Assembly (NCBI GenBank): GCA_002269645.1
Contig: NIVC01001247.1
Coordinates: forward strand, 300,944-364,943
Length of the DNA: 64,000 nt
Direction of reading: 5' to 3'
DNA from: Macrostomum lignano
Lineage: Eukaryota
The notes beneath the pieces were generated by a model. That model made no database searches. It had not been told where the DNA came from and was given only the letters and a program-made list of their open reading frames with translations. Below are positions 22,744 to 34,517 of the stretch, piece after piece. A program made the translations under genes and the position numbers. Numbering within the stretch: the stretch's first letter is position 1; the number at the start of each line of letters is the position of its first letter.

Positions 22744-25700
22744 ATGGACCCGACGGTCTTAGAGATTCTTCCACAGCCGCCTAATCCGACACCCTTGTTA
22801 AACTTCTTCCCGAATGAGGAATATTTTGACTTTTTAAAGTCTCGTTACAATGAACTAAAAACAAAGCCTGGAACTAGAGATGGACTACTTGGAGTCGAGG
22901 AATGTAAAAACGAAGATGATGAAAAGACATTTGGGTTTTTTGCAAAGGCTTTTATCTTTGTCTTTTTGGGAAACGAATATCTATTTAGGAATCAAGCAAC
23001 GGAAGGTCAACGATTCCTCAATTTGTTCAAAAATTTAATTGGCAAACAAGCTGCAGACACGCTTAACCACGCTGCCTCTCCGAATTCGGACCCTGAATGC
23101 AGTGGTGGTGTAATCGACGAGGGCAGTATGAAAAGGGGAAATAATACCCGAGCTTCTTCAAAGCTTTCTAAAGACAATAGCGAAGGAAATTGTGCTATAA
23201 CGTCTCAACTGTCGGAACCTGAAGGCAACGTTATTGACTCCAAAGAAAACAGAACAAACCGACGAATCAGTGTAAAAGCTAGCGCAAAGTTTCTTATGGT
23301 TAATAGATATGCAGACAAGTATGAAGAGCTTATAAAAGAATGTTTCAAGCCTAAGTCTAGCAACAAAAGCGAAGAGTCAAAGGCTGCGTCGAGTCAACTG
23401 ACATTTGAGTGGACGCATGAGCATTCTTGCACACTTCAGTTCATCACTTTACATTATATAGTGGGCGAATGCCGTTTAATGCTCTTTAACCGGACCAATG
23501 TCCGAGCGCATAGACTAAGAGAGAAAACAAAGTTTCTTTTCTGGCTGTGTACTGATTATATTCGAAGAGCGCCCGAAGAGTCCAAAGTTTTTGTCGACCT
23601 ATCCAGACACGCGACTGGAAGCATTCTTTTTAGCTGTGGAATGCAGCAGGGTACCTTTGAACATTGGTATCTATCTAAAGCATTCCTTTGTTTCGAAGCC
23701 ATGATTAATTGGAAGCCTAGAAAACATTCAAGAACAGTTCGCAAGCTAGACTCGGATATTAGAGTTGACGATGGATCTATCCAAGGAATTCTAAAGTTGA
23801 CGGCCATTTTTATTGAACTTCGTCAGGCTACGAAGGCTCGAAAATTGATCGATCAGGCTCTTAAACTCAACAAGTTACCAGCAGATACTGAGATCGTTTG
23901 CAAGAGTTACTTTACTGCCTATGCCATGTACTTGTACGGACTAATTGATTTTGAGGAAACTTGTCCTCTAGCCAGTAAACTTAATGCGGGTTCTCGTTTA
24001 CTTGACCGCGAAAAGCTTATGAAAGCATATGGAAGTGCAAAGAAACACCTGCGCGAGTGTTTAAAAAATTTAACGGAAGAAATCTCCGAACTTGGGCTTA
24101 CCGCTTCTGCGTACACATTGATGGGCATTGTTTGCGTGAACGAAGCAGCGGACTTTACAATGGAGCATGAAGGCGGTTTGTAATATTTAGAGAAGGCTGT
24201 TTCGTTAGAGTCTAAATTCGAAACCAACACTATTATGGCTGCAAATGTGATCCAGATTTTGCAGCAAGGTACCACGCTGGCAACTACGCAGGCTGCTCGA
24301 GACAAGTGTCGAGAATTGTACTTTACCGTAAGCATTAATAATTGTTATTCTTGGTAATGATTTAAATGAATTTTTTTCACTTATTATAGCATATCGGTAC
24401 TTCAGTAAGAGCTAATGTATCACATTTTAATTCTAGATCGTTACTACAAGAGAACCAGAAACAATTCGAACTCAAGTCGACGTTCCTACCGATGTTGAAA
24501 CATTGGGCTTTCCTTCATCTGCCGAATCTACATCCCAGTATAACACGAAGGATGTTTCTCCTGCAAGTGCGTCCAGTCAAAGCGATAGTGTCTTTAATGT
24601 AGTTGCCATAGCAAGAGAGTTCACCTATGGATATCGCGAAGGAAGCTTAGCTTACTGGAAGAAGAAATTAAACAATATTCTGGACCGTAGCAAAATATTA
24701 CACAGATTGGTTTTCCTTCTATTTCTCTCGAGACATCATCTACGCTCGTATTTCTTGAGAAAAGCTGAATGCCGGCAAGCTAAAGTCTCACGCCTAATCT
24801 CTCTTGCATTTGGTCTGAAGCTAGAAACCAATGGAAGCTTTACATTAAAAGATCTGTCTGAATCTTTTCCACGCCATTGCAGAGAATTGATCTTTGTAGT
24901 CGCATTCTGGACTATCAATGAAGGCATGCTGGCTCTTGGTAATGCCCTCGAATATTATCAGCAAAAGTCCGCCGCAGAGGTGCGGCAACGTTGGGACGAT
25001 TGCGATGAGTCATTCGCTTTGCAGCTTGTTTCTTGGGCTTTGTATAGTTTTCGGCTGAGTAACAAGAAAAGCAACGATTGGAAAAGAGCTCAAGAATGTT
25101 TCAGGCGCGGTCAGGATTTGTTCAACGCGATCCGAAATAGCTGGAAATCTGACGAAATTCCTGCTCTTATTTTCTTGGAAAATTATTTAGCAGAAGGCTT
25201 CTACCGACTAAATGACGTCGTAGCATTCGATGATCGCTACAAGACCGATAAAAAACTCATTACAACCACAGTTGACTTGCTACAAGACCGAAACCGATTA
25301 AAACGTTTAGAAAGAAGTCACAATGGCCCAGGAATCGAGACTTTATTGAGTTACTTAAACTCTGTGTGCGTGAACTTTCCCGCATTGTTGAATCGTCTAC
25401 TGAACCAATCAGCTGGGAGGCGTAATCGCAGGCTTCACGGTGGTCTCGTCTCTAGCCTTTTAGAGTCAACTGGCATCCTAGAGACTTTCGACTTTATAAT
25501 AGACACGTCGCAGGCGTCCGACAAGCTGAAACAACTGGATGAGGCTTACGTCCTGTGCCAAAAAAGAGGTCTAATGGATACAGAGGCCCACGCTTTGGTG
25601 CACATGCAAGCGGGTCTTCAGCTATTACGCTATGGGGAAGTTAATCCGTTTAAGCCTCATTACGACAGTTTCAGTGCTGCAATTTTAAAGTTTAGGAAAG

Positions 25701-26738
25701 CTGCTAGAATTCTCGAGCTTATCTGCGGCGATGATGTCAAAGTGACGTACTGTTACACTGTTTTAAGCGTTCTCTACTCCAGTCAGATGCAGATTGACGA
25801 GCAAGAATCTAGATGCCTTCAGTGTCTCAGAAAGTGTGCCAGGATTGAGAGCAATCTCATCTTCAAGGAAGCATCGCCCAGTCCCTGGCTATGGAAGTGT
25901 TTAGATGTGGCCCGAATTTGCAGAGAGCAGTTTCGCATGGTGCGGCAAAACACGAATGATGAGGATGCGCTGATTGAAAGCGAATGGCAAAGTATATTCG
26001 ATAAATTGTTTGTAAGTTTTTCACTATTATGCATGCAATCTTTAAGAAATATTATGGACGCGGTACATTTAATCATATTTGTCTTCGGCAGGCCCTTCTT
26101 GGTCGAAAGACTTTGATGTGTCAAATGCCAGTCGATATTAACGATGCATCGAATTCCGAGACTATGTTGGCTGAAACTCTATCAGGTGAGTGTAAATTTG
26201 CACGTGTAGCCATTTGGTATTTGAGACTTGGTTTACCTGAATGTAAAAACACAGTTTAGAACACACTTTCTCATTGTTGAATGGATTTTTTTAATTAAGA
26301 TTTTTAATTCCATCTAGCTATAATGACAAATAAGATTTCCTCCTTTTTTTAAAAACATCAATCAACGTTACAGATGCGTTGGTAGACTGGGAAGAAAAGC
26401 GAACTGTCAGCATGAAAGGCCTCACGAATCTGTTTAGGGATCGCCAGTTTCCAGAGGACTGTCTACCAAGCGATGGCGAGATCAGAGTCTACGCTACTTA
26501 CCTCAACAAGCTGTTTAGTCAGCACTGGGAGCTGTGCCACAACGGCGACAATCGAGATTGTCCGCTGGAAAAACTTGACGTGGAGCGAAACCACTTTTTG
26601 CTGGGTATTTCCGAGTACTCACGCAAAAGCGTCAAGGAAAAAAACAAAATTTTCACCCGACTACAACGGAATCACAATCTGCTGTTAAATGAATGCAAGT
26701 TTGCTAAACGCTTTCACTACAAATTTGCGAATTTTTAA
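22744..26738 (+). CDS. TPR-like helical repeat protein, paralog A (~1200 aa); in-frame TAA at 24181
   Basis: Exons 22744-24327, 24437-26011, 26092-26185 and 26374-26738 with GT-AG sites and phases 0,0,1. Sequence after the TAA (YLEKAVSLE) aligns with YLQEAVQVE and HLKEAVSIE in the paralogs. TPR-like segment ILELICGDDVKVTYCYTVLSVLY...RCLQCLRKCARIESNL. Confidence 0.8.
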
Positions 26739-27984
26739 ACTTCACTTTTTTATTTAAGCGATTGAAATGGAATTCAAAATGTGATTCGGTTTTAGTTGCT
26801 TTATTATTGTGCTGAATAGTCGCGTTTTTTATCACGAATCGTATATTAAACTTTCTCTTTGTTTACTTTGAATTAAAACTTCTGGATTCGTGTGAGCTGA
26901 ACAAGTTTTATTTTATGGTGGTATGAACGAGCTCTTTACATAAATTTTACTGTCAGTTTATGAATCTCCCTAACTCTTAGTTAAGTGCATAGAATAGCGC
27001 CAATGTCTCAAATATTATTGTACATAATCGGTTTGAACTATGATCTTTTTGTTTGTTTGATTTTGTTTTATCGAAATCGACAAAACGTTAACAGCTGTTT
27101 GAAAGCATTACTGGTAGCGACTTTCAGTAGGTATTTTGTCGAGCTATTTGGGCTAGTTAAGTGATTTATCAGGTAACAAATTGTTTTGCTACTCTGCACA
27201 GCTTTTTACAGGTTTGCTCTGAATAGTTTGCCACTTAATAACCTGACATTTTTCTGTCTAACACTTCGTTCGATATTTTGTTTCTTGCAGCTGATCTGTT
27301 TTATTGCACTGTACATATTTGGCTTTAAAATGATCCGTGTAAATTTTATGTTTATTTATTCAATATAATAATAATAAGGAAAATTTTATATTTGCTACTG
27401 ACTTCACTCCTGATTTGAATTTCAAACCGCCTAAACAATATATTAAGACTGCGTAAATGTTTAAAAGCTTCAGGGTTTTTGATTTATTGTGATATGGGTT
27501 TTTACAAGCAGTTATGCCGGTTATATGTATTAGTTCTATTAGTTACACCTGTTTTGAAAACTTTAACGCGTCTCCCAAAATCAACGAATTTTAATTATGT
27601 CTAAATTAATTGTTCAGAATCGGTAAAATTTACAGTTAAGGATAAAGCAGTTTTGCTTTTCCGCTACTATCAGTAGTTTGGCTCCAGGAAATGTTAGTAA
27701 TTGGAGTAAGTAGATAAGGCTAGGCGGGTTTGCCTACAATTAAAAAAAGCAGTGGAACTCTCGGAAGAACAAACGTTTTAAACACATTTATCGTGGAATA
27801 TAATCCTTTTGTAGACCCGGCTTGGGCTATTGAATTTTTAGGAAAATAGCTATAGCTACTTTTTGATTTGGTCTAGGTAGCAACGTTTGCTATAGTATTC
27901 TCAATTATCACTGATTACAGCTGAATCTCATTTTTTACTTCAGACTGAGAAAATCTACATTTAGCTACCCTGACCCTAAGAACA

Positions 27985-30900
27985 ATGCAGAATCAGGAGC
28001 GGGTTGAAATGCGAATCTGGCTTCAAGTCGTGCCTCGGGAAGAAGCTCTTCAATACTGGCAGGAGCGTCTTAGGCTTGTCGAAGCTTCAAGTTCGGAAAA
28101 TTCGGATCGATCTCAACAAATTCTGCGACGAGCTGTCTGTCACGTGATGCTTGGCCTTCATTACCTTTTAATGCAAAATCTCAGCGACGCTAAAACTATT
28201 CAACAAAAGTTTATGAACTTATTGGGACGAAATGCTATTAAAGATCTTTGGAGCTACATTACCTGCAGCGATAGCGAGAAGTACTCAGAACAACTCAACA
28301 AATATTTAGCAAATTTTAATTTTAACGAAGAAAAATCAGTTTTATATTTCGTTACTGTCGTTTTCATAGCAAACGAAGGTCAGATGGCCCTACGCGATCC
28401 AAAAAGGTGCGGATCGTGGGCCTGGTTCTGGCTGGTTGAAAGCGCCCAGAGGCTCGGCAAGATTTGCCTTCAAAGCAAAGAAATCGGTCCAGAAATGACT
28501 GCGTGCGTTCGATTCAGCATTGGCAGCTTGCTGCTCAACTGCGCCAGCGTCAAAGACGTCTACGCGCACAAGTACTTGTTGAAGTCTTTCTCGCATTTTC
28601 AGGCTGCAATTGAGAGACGGATGAGAAAAGGCCTCACTCGCAGAATCGATGCTGAAATTGTGTTGAACGAGCAGTCGATGGTAGCTATTGTTAACATGGC
28701 CACGTGCTTTTTGGAGCTTCGTCAGATGGATAAGTGCACTGCGCTGATTTGTCAAGCCCGTTTGCTGCTAGGCAAATCAACAATTCTAGACGAGCTTTCC
28801 AAGCACTACTTGAGTGCTTTTATTGACTACGTTGATGGCGTCAATGACTTCGAGCGTACAAGTCCTTTGCACAGCAAGCTGAACGCTGGGTCGGTTATTT
28901 TAAACGCCCGAGAGCTAAGAGAGCTATACGACAGCGCTTTGGAAAAGCTGACTCGCAGCGCGTACCGGCTGAGACAGAGCTTTTCTAAAAGTACTATTTT
29001 TGCGTCAACGCTTACAATGCTTGGAATTGTGACAGCTAATAGAACGGCGGAGTTTAATGATACTTCTCTCGCGTATCTCCAAGAGGCAGTTCAGGTGGAG
29101 ATGGCTCTATCGCAAAGGAGTAACACGATGCGCTATTTGTTGCAAACAATTAGCGTCGCTGCAGGATTGTTTGAGAACGATGAGAGCGCTATTGCACTCC
29201 GATGGAAAGAGCTGCACAGCTCCGTGGTAAGTCTTAGTATCTCATTCAATATTATCTACGGTTAAAGTGTTAAATGGGAATATTCTAATGATTAGCCGAA
29301 TTTTTTTCTTTAGAAATCTCTGCATCATAACGACCTTAGTGCGACCAAAGAAGAGCATCCAATAGCAGGTGTGTCTGACGTCGATTTTGAGCTGAATCGA
29401 CTGAGCTCTTCGTCAACTGTATCTTTGCTACCTCTGGAGGCAGCTGAGACAGCTGAGCACCAAAATCCTTCTCTTCCTCTTGTTGACCTCCGATTCACCG
29501 ACTGTTATAGACAAGACTGTTTAGATTATTTTAGGCGAAGATTGCGAGAGTGCATCGCGACTGACTCAGCTCTAGCAGCGATATTATGTCGCCTATTTAT
29601 TGCCAGGTTCCACCTGATTCGGTGTGCAATAGATCTTGCTGGCGTGGAGCAAAATGCTGTTCAAGAGCTTCTTTCGCAGAAATTCTCTTTGCACATCAGT
29701 AGACAAAGCAGCTTCAAGCTATCTCAGTTGCGCAGGAAATTACAGCGTGGCGAAGTAGCAGAAATGGCAGAAGCCGTAGCCATTTGCTGCGCTTTCTGGC
29801 AAGCAAATGAGGCAAAATTTGTGCTTTTGGGCTTACAGTTGGGAAAAAATTGGCGTCTGAATAGATCTTCACCTGTTGGTTACTCAGTGAACTCTCCAAA
29901 GACTGGTAGGTACATCAGGGAAAACTGGTACTCTTTCACCGACTCAGTCCTGCTGCGTTTCTGGTCTGACAATTGGCGATTGGCCAGGTGCCTGATGAAT
30001 AACAGTAGAAAGTTGAGCAACGAGCTGCGCGGAGCTTTCGAGGCGAGCGCGGCCTGGTTCCACCTGGGTGCGGTACTCGACAGCAGTCTCGCCGAGGTTT
30101 GCGTCGACCTCAACGAACTGTTGCCAAGTAAGATGCTACGCAGCGGACAGATTAAGCGGTGTGCCAAATCTTTGATTCAGTCACTACAGTCTTGGCTTCC
30201 AAAACTTGACAATGGTTTATCGGACCCTGTGTTTGCTCTTGCCGGACACAGAATCGCAATATTGGACGATGCACTCGGTGCAACCAATGATATCATGAAC
30301 TCATCGGATAACATTACAACAGTGTTGGATTTGAATCAGGATTATGTGAATGTAGAACTTCTCCCCATGCCTAAGCCGAAGCGTAGACTGGCGCCGTTCC
30401 AAGAAGCTTATGATTCGTGCACCTCTACCGGACTTCTAGATACGCCGTTGCACGCCTGTGTACACTTATCCACTGCAGTCATTCTTTACAAAAGCGCGGT
30501 CAAAGATCTCACAAAACCGGCTTATTCACAGTATAATGCCGCTGTGCTTAAACTTCGTCGGGCGTCGAGGGTCTTGGAGCTGTTGGAACCGCTGCATCCT
30601 CTAACTGGGGATTGCTACGCTTTGCTAGCTGTGATGTACTATAATATGATGCAGCTGGAGGACCAGGAAGAGAAAGCGCTGAATTGCTTGAGGGCCTGCC
30701 TAAAAATCCAGCGCAACCTGATTGCTAACGGATGCGCAACCAGTTGTTGGGCTTGGCGATCTATTGATGTAGCGAGGAATTGATGTGGCTGTGTACTTTG
30801 CAACGTCGGATCGCCAGAGCGAGTGGTCTGGCATAGTGACTGCTGCTGACGTGAGTTCAAGATGTCAAGCTGTCTATTGGTTTTGATAGGTTTATTAATC

Positions 30901-31786
30901 GAAGATCTCTAGCCAATTTTGTTAGGGCATTCACCGCCAGTGCTGCAGGTTAAGCGGAGTTGGCCCTGGTTAGTATTCATATGAAGTGGCTTATGTCGAT
31001 CACCCTTTAAGGTAGCCGCAGTAAGCGAGAGGCAAAATAGGCCTAGCTTGAGTTCACCCGCTGTTATAGGGTAGAAGCTCTGAGCTGCAGTAGGAACAGA
31101 GTGAGAATTGTAACCCCACAGTTTCGATGTACAGCATCAGATGCGCCGTGAACGCTCAGTGTTTCTCTTAACCCAAATGGGCCAATTTCAGGCAATCATA
31201 GAAATGAGTAGAGATTGCTCTGTAGAGACAAGAAGTCTGCTGCTAGGCGATGACGCTATATGGACGGAACTTCGACTTGGCGACCGGTTCGTTGCTGAGC
31301 GATTAGTTGGTGCGTTTCTGGAATATTTTTGAAAGGCATTGGCTAAAATTAATATGCGCTCCTACATCTTTTACTTCTACTGTTTACATCTTCCCAGATC
31401 CCATTATCGATTGGGAGGGCAAACAGCATCTCAGAGAAACCTGCGAGGCTATGTTTGGTCGAGTTTATCCTGAAGACAACCTGCCAACCTACACTGAAAT
31501 AATGTGCTACTCGCACTACCTGATGAAGCTATGGAACGCGCACGAGAATGTCTGCGATAGCGAATGGATCTACCTCTGCGTGCCAAAGTGTCGCATGACG
31601 CGAACGTCTAACAATATCCCTAGGCGGAACGACTTTCTCAATGGTTTGAATGAGTACACGCTGGCTGCGCCGCGTGACAAGCAGAAAATACTTCGCAGAC
31701 TGCAAATTAATCACGAGCAGCTGTTGCAGATGTGCGAACCGGCTCAACTCATTGATGCCAGTTACGGTAGAGACACAGAGTGTTGA
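27985..31786 (+). CDS. TPR-like helical repeat protein, paralog B; +1 frameshift near 30778
   Basis: Exons 27985-29226, 29314-30850, 31192-31309 and 31398-31786, with the same phases as paralog A. Removing one A at 30778 gives DVARIDVAVYFATSDRQSEWSGI, matching DVARI...SEWQSI in A. TPR_12-like LEPLHPLTGDCYALLAVMY...KALNCLRACLKIQRNL. Confidence 0.8.
30945..30983 (+). mobile_element. 5S rRNA-derived fragment (possible SINE3-type head) in intron 2 of paralog B
   Basis: GCAGGTTAAGCGGAGTTGGCCCTGGTTAGTATTCATATG matches the vertebrate 5S internal promoter region GGAAGCTAAGCAGGGTCGGGCCTGGTTAGTACTTGGATG at 28/39 (reference from memory). Confidence 0.5.
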
Positions 31787-33212
31787 TAATAATTCATCGT
31801 TTTCAGTAACAATCTATCGGAAAAAATATTGAGCGTATTTGCTTTTTTTCTGCTTGTGTGCTATCTAAAACTGTTCTTGTAAAAAATAGCAGCATGTAAA
31901 AGTTGCCTATAAAACACGCCTGGCTTACTTTCAATGGTTCAGGCCATTTTTCTAGCTCGCATCTTCTCTACGATTCTTTTGTCTATCGATTTTAACACAT
32001 GGCTGAAATTCAAAAAGTTTGGAGTCAATGGAAATCGGAAAATCTCATTTTTTATTTGACCAAAAACATATATGCATGTACAGTGTATGTGTATTTTTTT
32101 AACAAGAATTGGTGCTTCCTTATTTGGCCTATGGTGACTCATAGAGTTACAGAAAGGGTTGTATATCAAAAAGATCCTTAGCGGTGCAGTACTTTAGTGC
32201 ATGACCTCGAAATGAAATAATGATGGATTTATGCGCCCTAAGGAAGGGCAGCGACATGGCATATTCACTTAGTGGATCATCATTTTTATGCGAAGCATCA
32301 ACCTCAAAAGTCAGCTTTGCCGTATAAAGCTAGTGTCTTACTGCACCCAACTTTCTGAAAAATGTTTTATGATTCCAACATAATTAAATTTATCACCATT
32401 TTGTTTTAATATTTAATATTTTATGCCCGCCTGTATGCATATTTATATCAAATAGCTATACAAGCGTACTGTAACTTTGCTGTTGAGAATTCGAGTCAAC
32501 GCGTTTCCTGAAACGAAGTGCTTATCCCCACTGCGTGTCGATAATTCCAATTTTATTAACACGGATCCGTGTCGATAATTTTCAGCTTGTCCCCATGGCA
32601 GCTTTGTTGGAATAGATCGGCACCTTCAAATGAATTAGTTCAAGGACCCCAGAGGTCCTTCTGAATCTGGTATTTACATATAGTTTATTAGCATGCTGTA
32701 TGTAGTTTTGTATTTTTAATTCTAATCAAAAATCTACTATTGTTTTTTTTTCCTTTTGGATGTTCGTCATATGTCGTTATATCCATATTTTTATTCTAAA
32801 CAAATCTTCTTGGCAAAAAACCGTCTTTTTGTTTTCACTATTTTAAGAATCTTCCGAATAAACTACTGAATAGTATTAAGTACTTTGTTAACACTTCCAC
32901 GTCGTTAAAAGGGTTAATTTTTAATTTTCGCTTAGCTGCCGACGTGACTGAGTGATCATATAGATTTGAATAAAGTTCAATAAGCTGCCGTGGGGAAATG
33001 CCGTGGAGAAATTGAACAATTTTTTCTAATAGCCACATCTAGGGTTTCAGAAGTTTTAGAAATAGAACTATAGAAGATAAATACGGACAGCTTCTAATGA
33101 TTTGATATGCAGTTGAAGAAAAGATCTGCAGCTTTTGTATATGGGTTGTTTTCGATCTTGTGCCGAACTCCCTATCAATTTCAGCAGGCCGGTCACTAAG
33201 GCCTCGGAAACT

Positions 33213-34517
33213 ATGAGCTCTGGTCAAGAGCCCATCATCCGAGTGGGTACCTGGTTGCGGTTTGTACCCGAGCAGGATCATACAGAGTTTTGGACAGCCA
33301 GAAACAACGCATTTAAATTTACATGTGGTGACGCGGCTCCGTTCGCCAGAGCTTGCTCACTGGTGATTCTGGCAAACGAGCAGCTCAGGCGTCGTTGCAG
33401 CAGCGACCTGGCTAGCGCCTGCGAACTGCAGAACGAATTTCTGGCACTAATTGGCCAACAAGCTGAAGAACTACTCTGGTCATCTGTCAAATCCGTAGAC
33501 AAATTGGATCGTATTGCTGCTTTCAGACAATTGGCTAATCAGTTTATTGATGAAGAGGGTGGACAAAGAATAGGAATGGCATTCGCTAGCGTTCTGTTCT
33601 TAGTTAACGAGGCCCATCTGGCGTTGTGCAGCGACTCGCGTCGGGGCAGCTTCGCTTGGCTGTGGCTGACGGAGGGTGCCTATCGGCTTGCTAAATATCT
33701 GCTGCGACTGGGCGACTCTTGGCCAGCCCTGGCCCCAGAGCTGACTGGCCTCATGTGCGAGTCCGTCTCCAGGCTAATGTTGAACTGCGCTACTCAAAAA
33801 GATGTTGGCGGGCGTAGATTTTTTGAGAAAGCGCCACAGTTTCTAGACTTCTCGTTGGAGCGTAGAACGCGTAATAACAAATTGGTTCGGCGCAGCGACT
33901 CGGACATTGTGCCAAGCACCCAGTCGATTGTCGTTATTCTACGAATGGCCTCCTGCTTTGTTGAACTGCGTCAGACTCGAAAGAGTCGTGCACTGATTGC
34001 TGTAGCGCGCAAGCTCATCGACTGCTCAGACCTTATTAGCGAACGTTCCAAGATTTATTTCATTGCATTTTCTGACTACATCGAAGGAGTCAGCGAGTAT
34101 GAAGAGACCTGTCCTCTGACAGCTAGATTGAAGAAGCAGCCGTTGAATCAAACTGTTTCTACTGAAGAATTGATGAAGATTTTAGAGAAAGCCAGCGTCT
34201 TTCTAAGTAAAAGCGCGTTTGCTTTAAAGGAACACTTTCCCGGCAGCCCTTTAACCGCATCTGCTTTTACTTTTCTGGGTGCTGCAACCGTTAATTTGGC
34301 CGGCGAATTCACACAGGATGCATTGGCTCACCTCAAGGAAGCTGTTAGCATCGAGCTTACTTTGAGCACTTGTTCCCATACTAGGAGCATTTTGCTGCTA
34401 GTGCTTCAATATGGCTGCGAGATATCTGCAACTACTGACAGCGACTTGAGCAGCTGTTTTAGCGAGATGTACAACACTATGCTGCTGTTGAGTCAAAATG
34501 CTAACGAGGAACACTAA
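33213..34517 (+). CDS. TPR-like protein, paralog C (single-module, single-exon form)
   Basis: MSSGQEPIIRVGTWLRFVP aligns with the B start MQNQERVEMRIWLQVVP. Shares RRSDSDI, FVELRQ, YEETCPL and ASAFTFLG...HLKEAVSIE blocks. It ends at a stop with no splice donor where A and B splice. The ATG at 33213 is preferred over the upstream TTG. Confidence 0.8.
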   Translation: MSSGQEPIIRVGTWLRFVPEQDHTEFWTARNNAFKFTCGDAAPFARACSLVILANEQLRRRCSSDLASACELQNEFLALIGQQAEELLWSSVKSVDKLDRIAAFRQLANQFIDEEGGQRIGMAFASVLFLVNEAHLALCSDSRRGSFAWLWLTEGAYRLAKYLLRLGDSWPALAPELTGLMCESVSRLMLNCATQKDVGGRRFFEKAPQFLDFSLERRTRNNKLVRRSDSDIVPSTQSIVVILRMASCFVELRQTRKSRALIAVARKLIDCSDLISERSKIYFIAFSDYIEGVSEYEETCPLTARLKKQPLNQTVSTEELMKILEKASVFLSKSAFALKEHFPGSPLTASAFTFLGAATVNLAGEFTQDALAHLKEAVSIELTLSTCSHTRSILLLVLQYGCEISATTDSDLSSCFSEMYNTMLLLSQNANEEH

